This document shows, piece after piece, positions 58,093 to 64,000 of a stretch of DNA of 64,000 nt (the stretch's first letter is position 1; each line of letters begins with the position of its first letter). The stretch spans positions 6,434,509 through 6,498,508 of the forward strand of contig CM082586.2 of the NCBI GenBank assembly GCA_040954595.2, read 5' to 3'. The notes under the pieces were generated by a model. That model was not told the origin of the DNA, did no database searches, and worked only from the letters and a program-made list of their open reading frames with translations. Source of the DNA: Balanoglossus misakiensis. Lineage: Eukaryota > Animalia > Hemichordata. A program made the position numbers and the translations under genes.

Positions 58093-61000
58093 CATCGCCA
58101 TTACGCTCATATTCTCATAAATTCGGATTATGATCTCACCTTATTGTAGACAAGTCTTGCTTTATTGCCATCATCTCTTCCTTCACAGCGCCCCCTTCGC
58201 CCGAATCACGTGCTATGCTCGCCTTCTCTGCGAAATATCTCACCACCAGTTGTTTACAAACATCCTATTCAGAGATGAAACATAACTGAATCTTGAAGCA
58301 GTTTTTTCAACCAACTCGCTACTTATACGGACTGATGTTGTTTTTTTTGTAAGTTTGTCGATTTTGGTTTGCAACTAGCGTTTGTCCAAAGCAAATATAT
58401 GTTTTAAAATTATACAGCGCTACAAAAACATTGGTGTACGTGTCGATGGGAGCCATAACTCCAATCTATTCTGCTTCTAATCTCAATCGAAGGTCTAAAG
58501 TATTTACGTACCTTATAAGAGTCATCTACCGCCTTTGCTTTGCGCGACGACTGGAAAAGAAAACGCAGATATTTAACCTCACTGACACAAAAAATATATA
58601 AACGAAACGATAATTGTAACGCACGCGTTTGCTATTTTGTTTCTAACTCCACAATTGGCCGCTCAAGACACGCCGTGTGCTGCTATTCGTAATGTTCTGA
58701 ACTTACTCACCACCCACTTAACTTTCTTGGAGCATTTGCGACAGAACACATGATTGATGAGATACTGAACGAGTCGAAGGACAGATTTGGGCGTGGGTAT
58801 TATGTTGAACGGTGGCGCCAGTGTAGCTCCGTGGCGGAAGTAGTCCATCCACATTTCACTCCGAGAGTACTTCCACTCCATGTCCGAGTGTTCCTGTGTG
58901 TCAAGGGCACATCCACAAACTGTCTGTCACCACAGTAGTTATCAACATAAAGCTAGTTTCACAAACAACGCATTTCCGACATATGTGTCACTTTTTTCAG
59001 AATATATTCAGAATATTTCAGAATATATTCTCCAAAGAAAGCACTGAACTTACCGATATGGTGGTGTATGTCGTACCCATCAAAGCGATCAACAGATTGA
59101 GAAGAATGACAACCGCGGCAACGTTGTAACCACCGAACAACAAGTATCCAAAGACCTCCGTTGATCTGTGCTCTGCGTCCACCTGCAGAGCGTCCAGGTC
59201 CACCAGTCCGTACAGTGACCAAAACAGTGATTCCATTGACGAGGCGATACTAATTGTTGGCGAGTATCACAAAATAGAAACAGGTTACATGCAGTGACAA
59301 TGTGTAAATCTAGAACCCAATTTCTCGCATTATACCCGCCACGAACCCTTGCATATTTGTCGCTATCGATAATTCTGTCACAAGTAATAGGTACTTTGTT
59401 ATATTAGTCTTTCTAGAAATATGCATGAGGTTCAATTGATGATTTTCCGCTCATCGCGCGATCAAGATCTCGCGTAGTCTCGTGGCGTTCGGCAAATGGT
59501 CTATCAACGACGCAATGTTGAAAGCAAGTATTTACATAACGGATATAACATAACGAATGGTGCCACAGAGTCAGTGTAAATGTCTGTGGGATCCTATTCT
59601 TCCAGGTCACCTTTTTGGTTTTATAAATAAACACAAGCACAATTCGGTACAAATTTGCAAAGAACGCGACAGTATACTCACCTGGCGAACGGTTGATGGC
59701 CGCATTCACTCGATGTGCCGCCCTCTTGCAGACAGTTAACCTTTTCTGCGGCTGCGTACAGCCAGTATATTTCCGTCAGACCCAGGGCGAAGGCAAGCCA
59801 TATGACGCCGAAGATGAACATGAACTGGATGATGTCCTTGATCATTTTGCTGAAACTGATCTGCAGAGGTCCGACGTACTCGTTGATCACCATTAATCGG
59901 AGGAACCTGATGACGCTGATGACGTTGGCGACGGCAATCACGCAGTCGGCGAGGAGCGTGGGATCGGACTGCATCCAGTCCGTGCGAGGAACCGAGTACG
60001 AAATGTCGTTGAAGGCGCTGTGGTTTAAACTGACCGGCGCCCCTTGGCTGTTGCCGCCCTGTTCGCCCGGCAGGCGCTCTGAGACCATCTCGACCAGTCC
60101 TTCAAGCAGCCGGGTGATGTTGGCCAGCAGCCCGTCGGGGTCCACCAGCGGCGAGAACGGCGGGACGGTAGACATCACTTGGGTGACCTGCTCTGCGGTA
60201 GATTCAGTGAAGTTCTCGGTCACACCGACCGTGGAAGAAGCCATGGCATCTGGTATGGCGGTTCCGGTTAATACTCCGTCCCCAGTGGAAAGATTGGACT
60301 CCGCATTCCTTTCTTGCTCAACCTGTGATAATAATACGCTTTTTTCAATCAATCTGAGAATGTTCGATTCCCATCGAAGTACACCATTGGCAACGGGGTG
60401 AAACATAGTATAACCAACATCAAGTAACTTTGTTTTGCACGCACGCACAAAATATCGTCTAACTTGATCTGTATCAGTATTGATCCCGCAAGACCCATTC
60501 CTCTGTGTGTACACTAAGTTTTGTATTCAAAATTCAAAATGTTGGTTGGAATAGAGCAAAATACTTCCCATATTTGTCAGTGAAATGGCAATATCATCTG
60601 GAGATGTACATTAAGTTGTTATTGCTGAATGTTATAAGTTACTACATTGCATTAAGAACATAAAGCTAGGATCAACTCAGAAAGTCGTCGACTTAAGCTT
60701 ACCAATATATAAGCAGCGGTTCTCAGACCCATCCAGCAAAGATATAAACCCAATTGGACGAAATCAAAACAATTCCACGGGTCGCTTATATACTGCAGAA
60801 AGCCTGTCTTCCATATTTCTTTTATTTCCCGCCACACCATTCCTGAAACGTAATGACACGTTTCTTTAATCGTCTCTCTATCTTCGGTAGCTTTTCCCCT
60901 TTCGTCACATCACCACAGACGTACATACTGCAAGATTGTAATTTGCTCGCTGCATGTGTTAGTGTATGTGCGGTTCTTAAAGTAACAAGTCCGTCGGACA

Positions 61001-63170
61001 GTTGTCAATCTAGCTGTATATTTTAGCTATAGGCCTACATGTAATTCTGATAAAGACAAAACCTCTTTCTCTTTACTGCCCAAGTTGAATAATAATAAAC
61101 AAAAGTCTGCCCATAAACATAACGTTAATCCCCCCTTAAACAAAAACTAACATTTAGTGAAGCTATACCAACCTAAAACCCATATTATGAGGAGAAATTC
61201 AAACACTGTTGGCAAAGGCCCTCGTTGCTGGTTGTGCATTTGTCGTTGCTGTAGCTGACCCAATTCATCCTGCTCTCCGTATGATCGAAAATCTTGCGTT
61301 GTCATTATCAAAATAAACACGAAATAGAGATATGATGACGTGTGTATCAAAAATTTCACGTACCTGTAGATGAAGAAAAAAATCATTTGATCAGAATTAC
61401 GTTTCGAGACATTCTTGACGCAGACCTGTAAATTTAGCTGTCCCTCATGATATGACAAAATTGTTACAGTCACGTGACCCTACAGCAATTAGAGCATAGT
61501 GGTCACAGTCTTCATTTTTTTGGAAAAACAATGAGACTTCATTACCATAACAGCTACTTCTATTGTTATTAAAATTGGGCACAATAACACCAAATAGCTC
61601 GAGTCATATGATAGTTCAACCTTCTGCAAATGCAAGATTTCCAAGATTTTCGTTGTTGTCCTGTGCAGGCCAAAACGTTGCAAACACATACTTACGGTAT
61701 TCGCATGAAGCGACCAAATTTGCCATAGGGGAAGATGACGTAAATGAGACACAGAATCGGGAAGAATATCATGATGATCGTTGAAAACAAAATGTTTCGG
61801 AGTGAGCTCTGGTCCCGCCAGTCAGGGAGACCTCTGTACCAACGTTCGATCAGCTCCTGTTGACAATACGGATGAGCTACAAACTGCGAAATAAAGAGAA
61901 GTTTTGGGAGTTATCAAAGTCATCTACAGATGGTCGTGTGTTGCGAGATTTGAACATTATATTAGTTCATAAACTGTCTTCTTTCTAGAGTTTATGGTTG
62001 TTATGTTGAAAGCAAAACAGAGAAAGAAAGCAAGCTAGTGAAGTTAGTCCTACCTTCTTTTGTTCTGTTTTGACGGCATCCAGGACCTTGGACGGTAGGT
62101 CCATCATTCTTACGTCCTCTGTGACACCGGGATGTGAGTTGTGATTCAAGATGGCGCGCAGCTCCTGAGCGTCGCGGGTGTGTCCAAGCAGATCGGCGGC
62201 AAACTGTTCGCATTGTTCCGCGAGTTCCGTGTATTCTTGGCGGAATTCGTACTCGGTTGAGCTCAGGTCCCGTAATTCAACAGACAGCTATAATACAAGA
62301 TTTCAAATAAACATTATCACGAGGGTGAACTATCTTCATGACGTTTCCATCAATTATGACAGTGAATGGATTGGGACATTCCAAGTCCGATGTGTTATTG
62401 TTTCGTCGTCTTGGCTAATTTCCGTAGCAACGGGTTGCTAGCCAAGCAATACAAGTGAAACTTTGTATGAATCTAGAATACGTACAGACTTTAACAATTT
62501 GTAACTTTTGTGCCGTTTAACACATGTGTTGTTTGTACAGTGTGTCACTTGAGAAAGTCATCCCATATAAACTGCCTAACCACGCGAGATCTCGCAGGGT
62601 CTCGTGGAGTTCGGACAATGGTCTATTCTGGTACATGTACATACATGCAGACTTGGCCTATAGTCTCACCTCAAATGCTCGGCCGAATGGATCGGGGCGT
62701 TTCTTCTTCTCCAGCTCAGTATATAAGATGTACGCCTCGCTGGCCAGTGCCTTGTATATATTCAATGTTCCAACGGAGCGCTGCACCGTGTGCTTCTCGG
62801 TGGCAAAATCCGACAGTTCGATTGGGGGCGCCCCTCTTTCCATCAACAGCTGCAAACAGAAATGCGTGCGTGATGTACACATAACAATATCTGTGCGGTT
62901 TCCACCATTTCAAAGCTTCGTGTATGCATCCGCAAATGATAATTCACGGATGTCAATGCTAGAACTTTGTTTAATACAGCGATGTTCATTTAGATTAGCT
63001 CGGAGTGTGTTTACAAGGAGAAAGACTGCTATGACTTACCACGGCACTGACTTTGGCCTTACCTTGATGATGTCGTAGTCATTCTGGTGTGCAGCTAATA
63101 TGATCGGCGTGATATCCGGATGAAACTCTTCGTTGTTTTCGGATGCATGGGAATTGATCAGGGAGTCGCC
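57250..63170 (-). CDS. TRPC-family (short transient receptor potential) cation channel, divergent; 5' exons probably lie beyond the right edge
   Basis: Exons 63063-63170, 62670-62849, 62054-62287, 61696-61883, 61173-61363, 60703-60842, 59682-60322, 59054-59249, 58711-58893, 58512-58550, 58140-58264, 57250-57949 (2925 nt, open frame). Motifs: ankyrin DITPIILAAHQNDYDII, FVAHPYCQQ, GPLQISFSKMIKDI, pore LFWSLYGL, LLNLLIALM, TRP box EWKYSR, LAPPFNIIPTPKS, IKQDLSTIRYEV. Confidence 0.93.
58040..58092. repeat. (GAT)n microsatellite in the last TRPC intron
   Basis: Direct reading of the sequence. Confidence 0.95.
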
Positions 63171-64000
63171 CTTCGTGGTAGAAAGAAGGCAATGTAGAAG
63201 AGATGATATCAGACACACTGTCACGCGAGGGCGTGATTTGGGACAAATGCATAGACGGACAACACATATGCAAATATATCCACATTTAGGGAAATTAAGC
63301 AGGGTTTAAATGTATATAGAGGTAATGTGAAACAAAAGCACAGCGTATGTTTCCAGCAGGGGAACAGACATTTATCAATAATGTATCGAGCACGCGTATT
63401 ACCTGATAGGATAACGCCTATGGATATTGTATTGCTGATGGTGACCTTTTGGCTAACAACAGATTCGCCAAACTGTATGCATTAAACATCACATGGTATT
63501 GAATTCAGAGAAGTGCACTCCGAACCATGTGGCCCCCTTAATCTCATATTAAAGAATATCGCCAATCATAGCATTGTAGGTGTTGGTTAAGTCGTCATGG
63601 TGATAATCTTTCCCGAAAGAAAATATAGAGAATTTGCGTCTGTCAGGAAATCCATTGTGCGTTCGCGTCTGTGAATAATTGGAAGAAATCGTCCCGAGAT
63701 TTTAGCACAAGGCAAATACACGTGTGTCGGCTAAACACGTGGCCGACTCGGGTGTGTCTTCTGAAACATGGGTGATTGTAACAAAAGGAGATAACAAAAT
63801 CCTTGTAGCGGCGTTCAGCAAACATTGAAGCCCGTGGCAAGTGTTTAAGCACACACAGGAAAAGTAGTTTTTCTTCCGTAACAAAATCGGTCACGTGAAA
63901 ATACATGAAGGGCGAGCTTGTTGTCTATGACAATCTGTAACCGGGATTAACGTGATAATCGATCTTCAATCGATGCAAACCTGGCAGACGTACAGAAAAT

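Noticed and set aside
57950-58110. Poly-His N-terminus of the 286-aa ORF 57250..58110
   Set aside because: It is an intronic microsatellite read in frame; the real exon starts at the acceptor at 57949.
57343-60401. Long plus-strand ORFs (57343..58149, 57356..57982, 59715..60401)
   Set aside because: They are antisense shadows of GC-rich TRPC exons with no recognisable protein features.
63403-63472. Possible further upstream TRPC exon (cag...CAG|gtaata on the minus strand)
   Set aside because: The translation shows no ankyrin similarity and the open frame does not match the phase of the next exon.

Overview
AT-rich, intron-rich animal genomic DNA. It looks like a marine invertebrate, possibly a deuterostome, but that is inference only. 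I reconstructed eight spliced genes by hand from GT-AG sites and reading-frame continuity. (1) Three peroxisomal acyl-CoA oxidase (ACOX1-like) paralogs: A on the minus strand (runs off the left edge), head-to-head with B, followed by C. (2) Four AQP4/big-brain-type aquaporins, two on each strand. (3) The 3' part of a divergent TRPC-family channel (runs off the right edge). Introns and intergenic DNA hold many short non-autonomous DNA transposons (TA, TAA and TTAA target-site duplications), long hairpins and microsatellites. Most notable: ACOX-C has two intact 170-bp copies of exon 7 separated by only 48 nt, the layout of mutually exclusive exons, and a different exon from the exon-3 pair of vertebrate ACOX1. 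All four aquaporins lack the canonical Phe of the ar/R water filter, and two also lack the His. The inverted A/B pair shows patchy gene conversion that spares active-site codons. Nuclear-receptor elements (DR1, IR3, DR5) cluster at the ACOX 5' ends. The TRPC channel lacks the conserved Zn-binding motif and has a long S3-S4 loop. Coordinates were counted manually and may be off by a few bases. Family comparisons rely on recalled sequences, not database searches.
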